A stretch of 64,000 nt of DNA from an uncultured Verrucomicrobiae bacterium (GCA_963707025.1 CAVPOM010000018.1:384001-448000); one strand, 5' to 3'. Positions 1-9,961 are shown, counted from the stretch's first letter. The notes: generated from the letters alone by a model not told the origin. Translations and numbers: made by a program.

Positions 1-884
1 ACGGCGTCGCCAAGCGTGGGGGCGCTGCCGTCGAAATAGACGCTGGTTAGGCGGATACAGTCGTAATACGCCAAATCGCCGATGCTGGTGACGCTGGCGG
101 GTATCGTGATGATAGTGAGGTTGGAGCAGCCATTGAAGGCAAAAGAACCGATGCTGGGCACGCCGTTGGCGATCGTGGCGTTTGTCAGGCTCGGGCAGTA
201 AGCGACCGCATAACCTCCAAAGTTAGTGATCGTGCCCGGAATCGTCAGACTGTTCACAAGGGTTCCACAGAACGCCCCTGCCCAAAGAGTGGTGACGGTG
301 CCTGGAATGGTGTAGCTGCCAGCGATTCCACCCGGGTATTGAACGAGTGTGGACCCACTCTTGTCATATAGAACGCCATTTATACTGCTGTAAAACGAAT
401 TCTGTGAATCCACGTTTATCGCTGTCAGGCTGGAGCACCCACCCGACACACCGGGACCGCCCATGTTGGGGGCTGCTCCGAACGCCACGCTCCCGATGTC
501 GGTGACACTGGCCGGAATCATGACGTTCGTCAGGCTGGAGCAGTCACAGAACGCCCCCTCACCAATGCTCGTGACGCCATTGGCGATCGTCGCGTTGGTC
601 AGGCTGACGCACGATTCGAAGGCATAATCCCCGATGTCAGCGACGCTGCCGGGAATGGTGACGCTGGTCAAGTTGGAGCAGCCAGCGAACGCCCACTCCG
701 CGATGCTGGTGACCGGCAGGCCGGATATGTTGTTCGAGATGATGACAGCCCCGCCGGGGCCGACGTAAGCTCTGATGGTGATTTCCCCGCCATTGGTCAT
801 GTAAACGAATTGGGCTTGCACCGCCGGCACCTCCAACAGCGCGCCCATTAAAGCAATCATGCCGCCAAGAATCATGTTTTCCAT
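1..884 (-). CDS. BspA-type leucine-rich repeat (LRR_5) surface protein, 3' end outside window
   Basis: Own translation from ATG 884 (AAGAGG RBS upstream): MENMILGGMIALMGALLEVPAVQAQFVY...GLPVTSIAEWAFAGCSNLTSVTIPGSVADIGDYAFESCVSLTNATIANGV; signal peptide and ~23-aa repeats; absent from ORF track because open at window edge. Confidence 0.9.
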   Translation of the reverse strand, partial: MENMILGGMIALMGALLEVPAVQAQFVYMTNGGEITIRAYVGPGGAVIISNNISGLPVTSIAEWAFAGCSNLTSVTIPGSVADIGDYAFESCVSLTNATIANGVTSIGEGAFCDCSSLTNVMIPASVTDIGSVAFGAAPNMGGPGVSGGCSSLTAINVDSQNSFYSSINGVLYDKSGSTLVQYPGGIAGSYTIPGTVTTLWAGAFCGTLVNSLTIPGTITNFGGYAVAYCPSLTNATIANGVPSIGSFAFNGCSNLTIITIPASVTSIGDLAYYDCIRLTSVYFDGSAPTLGDA

Positions 885-1156
885 TTAAACCTCTTGTCTG
901 TTCATTTCACTTCTTCACCCTGCCTTGTCTACCGAAAACTGGTGAGGCCGCCAATATACCCGTAGGCGTCGCAAAACCCAAATCCATAAACCTGGAGTTC
1001 AAAAGGCTCGGCACTTGTGACCTTATGCGTACCCCAAGCCACCGGGACGCGGGCTCCGGAATAGACACTGCTCCCAACCTGTAGGAAATTTGTCCCTGCC
1101 ACGTTCGTGCTATCCAAGTCGGTCGCTGATATCGCTGATTGTGGCACAATGAGATT

Positions 1157-2607
1157 CACAGCCATCCCACAGGAAATTGGAAAAAAGTGTTGGCTTGACC
1201 ATTTGAACCTGCCACAAGGCAGGCATGAAAAACAAAAAAATCAAACCAACACGGTCCCGGTTTAACGTTTTGCGCCAGATTTGCAATCTCATTCCTGCGC
1301 ATGAAGTCTCCAAAATAGCGCGGGAGACCGGGGCTCTGGATAAGTCGCGCACCTTCAGTCCGTGGAGTCACACGGTCAGTTTGCTGGACGCGCAACTCAC
1401 CCATTGCATCGGACTCAACGATCTGTGCGACTCGCTGCAATTGCATTCCGGGCCGCTGTCCACTTTGCGCGGCGCCAGCGCCCCCAGCCGCAACGGCCTC
1501 TCCCACGCCAACCGGGAGCGTCCGGCCCAGATGGCCGAACAACTCTTCTGGCGGGTCCTGGAGCATTTGAAAGCACAGACGCCCGGCTTTGCCGCGGGCC
1601 AGCGCCGTGGCCCCGCCTTCCGTTTCAAGATGCCCATCCATGTGATTGATAGCACGACCATGGAACTGGTGGCCAACTGCCTGGACTGGGCCAAGCACCG
1701 CCGGCGCAAGGCCGCCGCCAAAACCCATATGCGGTTGAATCTGCAGAATCTTTTGCCCGGTTTTGTCATTGTGGACACTGCCGCCGAGCACGACAACCGA
1801 CGGGCGCGGGAACTGTGCGCCGACTTGAAGAGCGGCGAAATCGCCTTGTTCGACAAGGGTTATGTGGACTTCGGCCACTTGCGGGATTTGGACGGGCGCG
1901 GGGTCTTTTGGGTGACGCGGGCCAAGGAGAACATGGGCTATGAGGTGGTGCGGAAAATGCCCGCCTCCAGAGACCCGAAGATTTTGCGCGACGAAGTGAT
2001 CGTCCTGAGCAACGAGAACAAACCCGCGCCGGAGTTGATGCGCCGGGTGGTGGCGCTGGTCGAGATTGATGGAGAGGAACGGGAAATGACCTTCCTGACC
2101 AACAACCTGGAGTGGAGTCCGCGCAGCGTGGCCGACCTTTACCGCTGCCGCTGGCAGATCGAAGTCTTCTTCAAACAAATCAAGCAGACCTTGCAGTTGG
2201 CGGATTTTCTGGGCCACAACGCCAACGCCGTGCGCTGGCAGGTGTGGACGGCGCTGTTGACCTACGTGCTGTTGCGCTACCTCAGTCACCTCTCCAACTG
2301 GGCGCACAGCTTCACCCGGCTGTTCACGATTTTGCGGGCGGCGCTCTGGGAGAAATATGATCTGCTCAATTTGCTGGCGTGCTATGGGACAGCAGGCGGC
2401 AGCTTTCGCCACTTGGCGCGGCCCGAGCAGGCGTATTTCCCCGGCTTCCAATAAAGCTATGGGACAGCACACGCGCCCAAACAGGCGCATACCAAACCCA
2501 AAAGCCAAACTCGGAAAAATCAAAATCTCATTTTACCCCGAAGACCAATTAAACCCTTGCAAATGAACAGGTCAGCACCAGACTTTTCCCCTTATGAGAC
2601 GGGTGTG
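1157..2607 (+). mobile_element. IS4-family insertion sequence (1451 bp) with 9-bp target-site duplication AATGAGATT
   Basis: TSD at 1148-1156 and 2608-2616; imperfect terminal IRs CACAGCCATCCCACAGGA / CACACCCGTCTCATAAGG (12/18); single transposase inside. Confidence 0.92.
1225..2454 (+). CDS. IS4-family DDE transposase
   Basis: IDSTT, FDKGY, YRCRWQIEVFFKQIKQ (YREK motif). Confidence 0.95.
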   Translation: MKNKKIKPTRSRFNVLRQICNLIPAHEVSKIARETGALDKSRTFSPWSHTVSLLDAQLTHCIGLNDLCDSLQLHSGPLSTLRGASAPSRNGLSHANRERPAQMAEQLFWRVLEHLKAQTPGFAAGQRRGPAFRFKMPIHVIDSTTMELVANCLDWAKHRRRKAAAKTHMRLNLQNLLPGFVIVDTAAEHDNRRARELCADLKSGEIALFDKGYVDFGHLRDLDGRGVFWVTRAKENMGYEVVRKMPASRDPKILRDEVIVLSNENKPAPELMRRVVALVEIDGEEREMTFLTNNLEWSPRSVADLYRCRWQIEVFFKQIKQTLQLADFLGHNANAVRWQVWTALLTYVLLRYLSHLSNWAHSFTRLFTILRAALWEKYDLLNLLACYGTAGGSFRHLARPEQAYFPGFQ

Positions 2608-4637
2608 AATGAGATTCAAAAAAGTTTCGTATGGAAATCCGTTCGCGTCGAGATAGGCTGGAATAACGATTGTGTAAGAGCTCAAATAATGACCTGCTGG
2701 CGGCAACAACATCTCCAGAGGATCTCCTTACGTGTTGTCATTCGTACTCTCGAAGAGAGCGCCATTGGCGAATTGGGCCACTTGGATGCGATTGTTGGCC
2801 TGAAATTCAACCCACCCATCCAGGATCGTGTCAAAGAATTGCGCCGCTCCAAGGTTGTTGGTAACCGCGCCGTTTTTGGTCGTTACGATCACGACTGTTT
2901 CATCATTAGCAGCGAGGACGCGAAAACTGTCCCCGTTGGTGCGACCAGCGAAGGAAAGAGCCAACGCTTGTGTTCCCCACGAAGCGACAGGGAGCTGCTC
3001 CTGCACAAGGGGATTCTCATACTGAGTGTTGGTATCAGGCACATAGGCAGCATTCGCACCGGCGAATACTGCAATTGGATTCGTCGAAGTGATCACGGTG
3101 CCGGTCACATCGTTTGTACAGGTCGTGCTGTTGATTTCATAGGCTTGTCCTTGGTTCAGGTTTATGCTGTACCTGTTCGTTCCAGAGGAGACCGCCAGAT
3201 TGGCGTTCGTTGAAGGTGTGATCCAGACGGTCGTATTGTCCGCAGTTGCTAAAATTGCAAACTGGGAATAATAATCATAGGGGCTGTTGTCCAAACCGTA
3301 TTCGTAGGAAGGATGGGCCATGAGACAGTAATTTGTTCCCATCATCGGCGTCGGATAAGCGGTAAAGGCCCAGCTTTCTTCATCATAATAGCACACCGCG
3401 TATGCGCTCACTGGCAGGTCAGACGTGATATGAATGCCATAGTTTGTAGAAGAATCATAGCCGTAATTGTAAATAATATCGCCAATCGAAATGCCAAAGT
3501 TAGTCACCGTCCCGGCGGCAAGCGGGAAGGATTGGGCTCCGTAACCAGCAGTTGTTACCGTTATCGTATTTGTGACCTGAGTCGAAATATAAAGAGACCA
3601 TTGAGCGCCGGTATGCAAATAGTCAGGAACCACTGTCGCCATAAACGCGACCCAGAAGTCGGTTCCGGCGGACGGAAAACCGATGGTGTAAAAGCCTTGG
3701 GCGTTGGTCGCGTTGGTCACGTACAGGGTGGTCAGCCCCGGCGCGTTGGTCAAAACCCATTGCCAGGAGATCGGCGGCGCCAGATTGGTCGTGTAAAAAA
3801 CATCCCACATGCCGTTCGTGGCGGTAATGTTGGAAGGCTGATGAATCACGAACTCAGCCGTCGTCCCGTTGGCCAGCGCGAAGTTCGTCAGGTACAAATC
3901 ATCCGGCAAGTACAACGGCAATCCGTAACTGGACACGCCGCCGCCCGAGGAATTGGTCCAGCCATTTGTCGGCAGCGGCGGCGGGTCACCGGCAATCATT
4001 GCGCCCATCCCGCCGTTGTTTGTGGCAGTCGCCGCCACGGAGGCCCAATACGAGGGGTAATCCCAATTCCGGTCGTCAATGACAAACATTTGGTTGCTGG
4101 CCGGTCCATACCCATAGACCGGCAATTGCGGAAGCCAGTCCACCGGCCACGGCGGCATGTTCAGTTGCGCGCTCCAAAACGTTCCGCTGGCGGGCACCGT
4201 GGAAAGTGGCGCCAGCGTGTCCGATTGGTTGGTGAATCCGCCGACCAGGATTTGGGCGCGGCAAACCTGGAGTGGGCCGGGCAACAAGCCTGCCAGAATG
4301 AGAATGCCAACGCCGAATGAAGCGTTTAAAGTTTGCGTCTTTACCTTCCTTGGATTGCGATTTCTTGAAACCATGATTCGTAACCCAGTTGATAATATCG
4401 CCCAGGCATCGTGTGGAAAGCTCCCCTATTCTTGGCAATTACTGCCCGTTTGTTGGCCTTTTCGCCATCGGGGCCAGGGCGGTTTGGCGGGCGCAGATGT
4501 TCAGAGGCATCTGAATCTTCGAGGGTGGATGAGACGGGCCGCATGGCGCGGCCCACGGCACACGGGCGCGGCTGGCTCTTGCAGGGTCAATTGGAAAGAA
4601 TTAGCGCTACGCGGAGCTAGAGCAATTTCATGAAAAC

Positions 4638-4790
4638 TGTAGCCGCGTGGAAGCCGACCGAACGGCCTCCTCTCCCCGGCCCTCTCCTCCTGAGGAGGAG
4701 AGGGAGGAGCTTCGTTGTGGCTACATGATTTTTTGATCCGCTCTAAGAAAGCTCGACCTCACCCCGGCCCTCTCCTCCCAGGAGAGGGAG
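4638..4790. repeat. REP-like palindromes: TGTAGCC...GGCTACA arms (4638-4725) enclosing a CCCTCTCC..GGAGAGGG hairpin, plus a second hairpin copy (4749-4790)
   Basis: Inverted repeats read directly; same unit recurs at 5848. Confidence 0.75.
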
Positions 4791-4886
4791 AACACACGGG
4801 AAGTTGCCCTTCATGAGCCAGCCGCGGCATCCCGATTCGGAATCGGGACGTGCGCTCCCCGGAATCGCCGTCGGGCGATGGGGTGG

Positions 4887-5789
4887 TCAGAGTTGGGTGA
4901 CTTTGAGGCCTTTTTTCTTGAGGAGTTCCACCACGCCCTCAGCACCCACCAGATGGGCGGCGCCAACAATGACGATGGCGTCTTTGCCGCCGCGCAGCAG
5001 TTCCTCGATCCTGGGCACCCAAGTTTTATTGCGATCGGCCACCAGCCGCTTGTAGATGGCCGGGGCCTCGAACAGCGCCTCGTTCAACAGTTTTTCGATG
5101 GCGGCGCTGTCTCCGGCTTGCCAGGCTGCAATGATGTCGCCGTACATCTGCCGGGTCTTGTCCAGGTCCTTGAGCGAGGTTTTCATGACCAACTCGTCCT
5201 CGTCCGGCGCAAAGCCGGTGATAAGGTCAATCTGGAAATCCACCGTTTCCAGGCCGATGAGCTGCTTGCCCTCCTTGACCGCGCGATGGGCGAAATATTG
5301 GTCCACCCCGTTGGCCGGATCGGCCCCCAGCTTGGTCAGTTCGACGATTTCCAACATCATGGCGGCCATGGCCGGTTTCATGGATTGGAGCAGTTCCAAG
5401 GGCAGGCCGCTCTGCCGGGCGTGGTTGGTGAAGGCGGCATAGGTCTGGGCGGAGAGGTGCTGCTGGAGCGTTTCGCCCGCGGGCAGTTGGGCCTTGCTCA
5501 TGAGCTGGATTTGAACTTGCGGCTCTTCCAGCTTGATAACGTCGGTTTCAAAGACGGCGACTTGCGCGTTGCTGAAGGCCGCTTCGAGCGGCGCGGCCAG
5601 CGGAAAATTTTCCGGCTTCAACACATGAACGGAACCCAGCAAGTAAACGACGTTGCTGTGGCCCTGGATCCTCCATAACGAATGGTGGTTGGTGGTGGTG
5701 GAAGGGTTGTCCTGCGCGGCCAGCGGCTGCAACGCGAAAAAGGCCAGGAGCAGATTTGCCGCGATGAATTTGATGCTGCGTTCCTGCAT
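4887..5789 (-). CDS. TraB/GumN family secreted protein
   Basis: Signal peptide MQERSIKF...LAAQ; LWRI...VYLLGSVH, GVDQYF, GLET, RN..W, VIVGAAHLVG motifs; the upstream ORF extension is repeat DNA. Confidence 0.9.
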   Translation of the reverse strand: MQERSIKFIAANLLLAFFALQPLAAQDNPSTTTNHHSLWRIQGHSNVVYLLGSVHVLKPENFPLAAPLEAAFSNAQVAVFETDVIKLEEPQVQIQLMSKAQLPAGETLQQHLSAQTYAAFTNHARQSGLPLELLQSMKPAMAAMMLEIVELTKLGADPANGVDQYFAHRAVKEGKQLIGLETVDFQIDLITGFAPDEDELVMKTSLKDLDKTRQMYGDIIAAWQAGDSAAIEKLLNEALFEAPAIYKRLVADRNKTWVPRIEELLRGGKDAIVIVGAAHLVGAEGVVELLKKKGLKVTQL

Positions 5790-5847
5790 GGCGCCAAGGC
5801 TAAACGCCCGCCGGGTTGGTGGCGAGCAAAAAGCCAAGTCAGTGGAG

Positions 5848-6009
5848 AAGCTCGACCTCACCCCGGCCCTCTCCTCCAGGAGAGGGGGAAATATCCGCCG
5901 CCCTCGCCAAAGGCCCGCGCTGGGATTTGCCGGACATGCATCAGCCCAACCCGAGGCGGGCGAGGTCCGTTCCTTCTCCCAGGGGGAGAAGGTTAGGATG
6001 AGGGCGAGC
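5848..6009. repeat. Inverted pair of REP-like hairpin units (REPIN-like) between divergent genes
   Basis: AAGCTCGACCTCACCCCGGCCCTCTCCTCCAGGAGAGGG at 5848 (near-identical to 4749); degenerate inverted copy at 5968-6009. Confidence 0.75.
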
Positions 6010-6112
6010 CGCCAAGAATTCTGTGCTGCGCCCGCAGAGGGCTTGATGTGGGGGAAAGGTTTGTTTTGCCAATCCAAACCGGCACACTGACGAAAGATTT
6101 GAATGGCCGGCC

Positions 6113-6826
6113 ATGAAATGCCTTGATTTAACCCTGCCCGGCGCGTCGGCCAATTTGGCGTGCGACGAGGCGTTGCTGGAGGCGTGCGAGGACAGCCCCG
6201 ATGCGGAGATGCTGCGTTTTTGGGAGCCGCGCCATTACTTCGTCGTGCTGGGTTACGCCAATCGGGCGGAGGCGGAAGTCAATCTGGCCGCGTGCCGGGA
6301 AGAGAAGGTGGGGATTTACCGGCGGTGCAGCGGCGGGGGCGCGGTGTTGCAGGGGCCGGGCTGCCTGAACTATGCGCTGATTTGCAATCTGGCCGCCCGT
6401 CCGGAGCTGCACAGCATCCCCGGCGCCAACGGCCATATCATGGCGCGGCAGCGCCAGGCCATGGCGGGCGTTTTGGGGCGGACGGTGCGGGTGGAAGGCA
6501 TCACGGATTTGGCGGTGGACGGCCGGAAATTTTCCGGCAACGCGCAACGGCGCAAACGGCAGGCGCTGATTTTTCACGGCACATTTCTGCTGCACTTCAA
6601 CCTGGCCATGATGGAAAAGTTCTTGCCCATGCCGTCGCGCCGGCCGGAGTACCGGCAGGAGCGGCCGCACGCGCAATTTCTGACCAACCTGGAGGTGCCG
6701 GCCGGGCTGATCAAAGGCGCCTTGCGGCAAGCCTGGTCGGCCGCCCAATCCTGCGAGCTGCCGCCGGTCATCCCGCCCCGCCTGGAGCAGAAATACGCGG
6801 CGGAGGAGTGGAACAGGAAGTTCTAG
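6113..6826 (+). CDS. Lipoate-protein ligase A family (catalytic domain only)
   Basis: NLACDEALL, RRCSGGGAV, RKFSGNAQ, HGTFL. Confidence 0.9.
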   Translation: MKCLDLTLPGASANLACDEALLEACEDSPDAEMLRFWEPRHYFVVLGYANRAEAEVNLAACREEKVGIYRRCSGGGAVLQGPGCLNYALICNLAARPELHSIPGANGHIMARQRQAMAGVLGRTVRVEGITDLAVDGRKFSGNAQRRKRQALIFHGTFLLHFNLAMMEKFLPMPSRRPEYRQERPHAQFLTNLEVPAGLIKGALRQAWSAAQSCELPPVIPPRLEQKYAAEEWNRKF

Positions 6827-6842
6827 TTGACGCTACAGTTGC

Positions 6843-6870
6843 TTGTCAAAACCTCCTGAATTGTTACGCT
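6843..6870 (+). promoter_or_regulatory. Candidate sigma70 promoter for the tRNA
   Basis: TTGTCA-16 nt-TACGCT with TGn extension, 18 nt upstream of the tRNA. Confidence 0.4.
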
Positions 6871-6888
6871 GAACTCGAACGACGGCTC

Positions 6889-6964
6889 GCTTCCGCAGCT
6901 CAATTGGATGGAGCTACCGCCTCCCAAGCGGTAGATCCCGGTTCAATTCCGGGCGGGGGCGCCA
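6889..6964 (+). tRNA. Atypical tRNA, anticodon CCC (Gly) on an Arg(CCT)-like body
   Basis: Acceptor GCTTCCG/CGGGGGC, D-arm GCTC/GAGC, anticodon arm ACCGC-CTCCCAA-GCGGT, T-arm CCCGG-TTCAATT-CCGGG, encoded G-CCA; non-canonical C8 and G21. Confidence 0.85.
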
Positions 6965-7037
6965 TCTTTTTCCTGGTTTTCCGATGTCCGGTGGAAATAC
7001 GATTCGGGCCAACGGAAAACGCAGTTCGGAGAATACT

Positions 7038-9437
7038 ATGATTGCCGAAGAATTGAGGAAGACTTGTCCCGTCATGCCACGAGCGCTGCGAACTCAGGGT
7101 CTGAAAACCTCACTGGCCCATTCCAGCCCTGGTTCAGCTCGCTTATTCAGTTTGGCCGGCGGTTTCGCGCTGACGGTTGTTCGGGCTGTCGGCGTCCTGA
7201 TGTTGGCAGGGATGCCGGCGTTGAGAGCGGGAACGACCGTCGAGTGGAAAGGCGGCGCGGGCAATTGGGAAGAGGCAACGAGGTGGGGCGGAGCGCTGCC
7301 GTCGCGAACGTCTGAGGCGCGGATCAACGGCACGCCCGAGCAACCGAGCCAGGTGACGTTGTCCGCCACCGATGCGCTGCTGAGCCGGTTGGGTGTTGGC
7401 GATGGCGGCAACAGCCGGGCGTCGTTGGTCCTGGATGGTCCTTCCCTGGCGATTACTGCAGGCTGCGATGTCGGCAAATACGACGGCTCGGAAGGCCGCC
7501 TCTTGCTCAAGTCGGGACGTCTTTTTGTCAATACCATCTTCGTTTCCGGCGGCGGCGGCCCCGGGATGAGAGGACGGGGGGTTGTCGAAATTCAAAACGG
7601 CAGCATGGTCACCAAGTCCATCTTAATGGGGCTGTCTTCCGGCAGCCACTGCACGCTGCGGATGGTCGGTTCAAAAGCCTCGGGGGTGCTGGTGGAAGAC
7701 GGTTTACGCGTGGGCGTTTATAATTACTTGAGCCTGGAAAGCAATCCCCCGCCGAGCACGAGTGAATTGGATTTCGAGCTGGATGCCGATGGCGTCACAC
7801 CCGTCTTCACGTGGGGCAAGACCGAGGGGCGCGTTTATTTTCCTGTTCCCGATGGCAAAGGCAATGGCGTGGGAACATGCCAATTGCGAATCGGCCTGCT
7901 CGCCGCGCCGCCATCGGGCGACATTCTTCTGGTCGGTTCGGCCAACCCGTGCGAGGGCGGGTTCACCGGATTGGCAGGGGGCGCGCCGGTGCGGGCGGAG
8001 TTTGCGGGCAAAGCTTACGAGTGGACACTTACCTATCGAGGTGGCCCAAAGAAATGCGATATCCTGTTGACGAATGCGCGTGTCGCCGATGCCGGAGGCA
8101 GAATGACTCCTTACGTGACAGGAAAACCCGCAAAGACTTTCCGCATTGACCCGGCCCTTGTGCAATCCAGCTACCGGGAGTTTTACCGGCAGTGGGATGC
8201 GCAGTCACCTCCGCTGGGCAGCGGCACGTTGGCGTTTCCCGGAGCCGAAGGCTATGGAGCGTATTCTAAAGGCGGACGCGGCGGGAAAATCTTCATCGTA
8301 ACCAATCTCAGCGACTCCGGACCAGGCAGCCTGAGAGAAGCCATCGAGGCGAAGGGACCGCGCACGGTGGTTTTCGGAGTGGGCGGCATCATCGAGACGA
8401 CTGGCCTCGACGTTCGCGAACCATACCTCACCGTCGCCGGCCAGACGGCTCCCGGCGATGGAATTTGCATCAAGAAAGGCGCGGGCAACGCCAACGCATT
8501 CGATGTCTCGCGGACGCACGATGTGGTCCTGCGCTATCTGCGTTTTCGCGCCGGCAACAACACCGGCGACGTGCGCTGCGAATCCTTCCGCATCTCCGAC
8601 AGCGAGAATGTCATCGTTGACCACTGTTCGAGCAGCTGGGGCAATCCGGAAACATTCTCCGCCGCCGGGGCGGTGGACCGTTGCACGGTGCAATGGTGCA
8701 TCATGTCCGAAGGGAATAACGCCCAGGATCACGCCTTTTCAACCATCATAGCGGGAGACCGCAGCACGTGGCATCACAATCTATTCGCACACATGCGCAG
8801 TCGCGTTCCGCGCTGGGGAGACATCACGGTGCAATGCGACTTTCGTAATAATGTCATCTATGACTGGGGCAGTACTTGCGGTTATGGAGACATCCGCACC
8901 CTGGATTACGTCAGCAACTACCTTCGCGCAGGCCCCTCAACCACGCAACGTCCGCCGTACTTCATCATTGACCCGAAAGTCGCCCTGCCAGCCTCCTTAT
9001 ATTTGGACGGAAACATCATGACCGGAATGCCCAACGTCACCAGCGACAATTGGAAAGGTGTAAATGGACCACGAGTATTGCAAGCGTCGTCGCCGTTCTC
9101 CGCGCCCCCGGTGCGGACGCAATCGGCGCAGGAAGCCTTTGAACTGGTGCTTCAAAACGCCGGAGCGACTTTGCCCAAACGCGATGCTGTGGACGCGCGA
9201 GCCGTTTCCGATGCGCGCAACGGCACCGGCAAGATCATCAATAACGAGAGTGAGGTTGGCGGCTGGCCCGAATATAAGTCAGGCAATCCTCCGGTCTGTA
9301 GCGCCAACGACGGCATTCCGGATGAATGGAAGAAGGCGCACGCGCTCCCGTTGAACGATCTGAATGTGGCCAATGCGGTGAACGCCGAGGGATACACGGA
9401 GGTGGAGGTGTATTTGAATTCGCTGGTAGGAGATTGA
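7038..9437 (+). CDS. Pectate lyase-like (PL1-type) secreted protein with N-terminal extension; start uncertain
   Basis: AFPGAEGYGAYSKGGRGG, VTNLSDSGPGSLR, IVDHCSSSW, HHNLFAH..SRVPR, NNVIYDWG, DGIPDEW. Confidence 0.88.
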   Translation: MIAEELRKTCPVMPRALRTQGLKTSLAHSSPGSARLFSLAGGFALTVVRAVGVLMLAGMPALRAGTTVEWKGGAGNWEEATRWGGALPSRTSEARINGTPEQPSQVTLSATDALLSRLGVGDGGNSRASLVLDGPSLAITAGCDVGKYDGSEGRLLLKSGRLFVNTIFVSGGGGPGMRGRGVVEIQNGSMVTKSILMGLSSGSHCTLRMVGSKASGVLVEDGLRVGVYNYLSLESNPPPSTSELDFELDADGVTPVFTWGKTEGRVYFPVPDGKGNGVGTCQLRIGLLAAPPSGDILLVGSANPCEGGFTGLAGGAPVRAEFAGKAYEWTLTYRGGPKKCDILLTNARVADAGGRMTPYVTGKPAKTFRIDPALVQSSYREFYRQWDAQSPPLGSGTLAFPGAEGYGAYSKGGRGGKIFIVTNLSDSGPGSLREAIEAKGPRTVVFGVGGIIETTGLDVREPYLTVAGQTAPGDGICIKKGAGNANAFDVSRTHDVVLRYLRFRAGNNTGDVRCESFRISDSENVIVDHCSSSWGNPETFSAAGAVDRCTVQWCIMSEGNNAQDHAFSTIIAGDRSTWHHNLFAHMRSRVPRWGDITVQCDFRNNVIYDWGSTCGYGDIRTLDYVSNYLRAGPSTTQRPPYFIIDPKVALPASLYLDGNIMTGMPNVTSDNWKGVNGPRVLQASSPFSAPPVRTQSAQEAFELVLQNAGATLPKRDAVDARAVSDARNGTGKIINNESEVGGWPEYKSGNPPVCSANDGIPDEWKKAHALPLNDLNVANAVNAEGYTEVEVYLNSLVGD

Positions 9438-9779
9438 GCCTCGGCTTAATGCGCTCGGTGCTTGAATTCAACTGTCCTTCCCTCGTTCGTGTAACAGCAA
9501 GGCTCTCCACATGCCCCGACACCAATTGGGTCATCTCCAACATGCGGACTTGTTTTTTCGGACATCACTTATGATAATCGAAGAACTGATGGCTATTTTA
9601 TACCTCATCATGAACTAATAAGGGGGAAGGAGCTGGTTATTAGCACCAAGTAGCGTATTCGATGAGCAGGGCAGACTTTGCCTGAATGAGAGGATCATGA
9701 CAGCTTCTGGATGGATAGGCTTGTGCCACAGGAAATGATGGCACAACAGTTATGAAATGGCACCAGCAGGGACATCATG

Positions 9780-9961
9780 CAAACCTTGCGACGGCCATGT
9801 TTTGCCCAAAACCTCCTGGAGGAAGGCCCCGCCTCCGCCTTCTTCGATGCTCCCGGCCCGGCCACGTTGAGCACCTTGATGCCGTGATCCTGGATAAAAC
9901 GGCGCAGTTCGATTTCAGGGGATAATTGCCTGAGAATGACCTGTTTTGTCATTGACTGCAA
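9780..9961 (-). pseudogene. Remnant of a putative molybdenum-carrier/YpsA-like SLOG protein
   Basis: LRRFIQDHGIKVLNVAGPGAS resembles the C-terminal LNVAGPRAS motif; N-terminal part absent. Confidence 0.5.

Larger units (their letters stand above)
929..4374 (-). pseudogene. Secreted IgGFc-binding-domain-like protein interrupted by an IS4 element and an in-frame TAA at 2728-2730
   Basis: ORF 2728..4374 has GTDFWVAF, ITSDLPVSAYA, GTVITSTNPIAVFAG, LVQEQLPVASWG motifs; frame continues past the TAA as GDPLEMLLPPAGHYLSSY...FLNLI and, after removing the IS and one TSD copy, in frame into VPQSAIS...VYGFGFCDAYGYIGG (929..1147). Confidence 0.85.

Noticed and set aside
1156..2523. 455-aa ORF antisense to the transposase, and similar long antisense ORFs (16348-18153, 28190-29548, 29621-31078)
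   Set aside because: Shadow ORFs of GC-rich genes; no recognisable motifs, while the opposite strand has clear families.
2728..2730. In-frame TAA as programmed readthrough or recoding
   Set aside because: TAA serves as a normal stop elsewhere in the window and the gene is IS-disrupted; mutation or base-call error is simpler.
5790..6077. N-terminal extension of the TraB ORF in the track
   Set aside because: Translation of REP-like DNA; the signal peptide begins at 5789.
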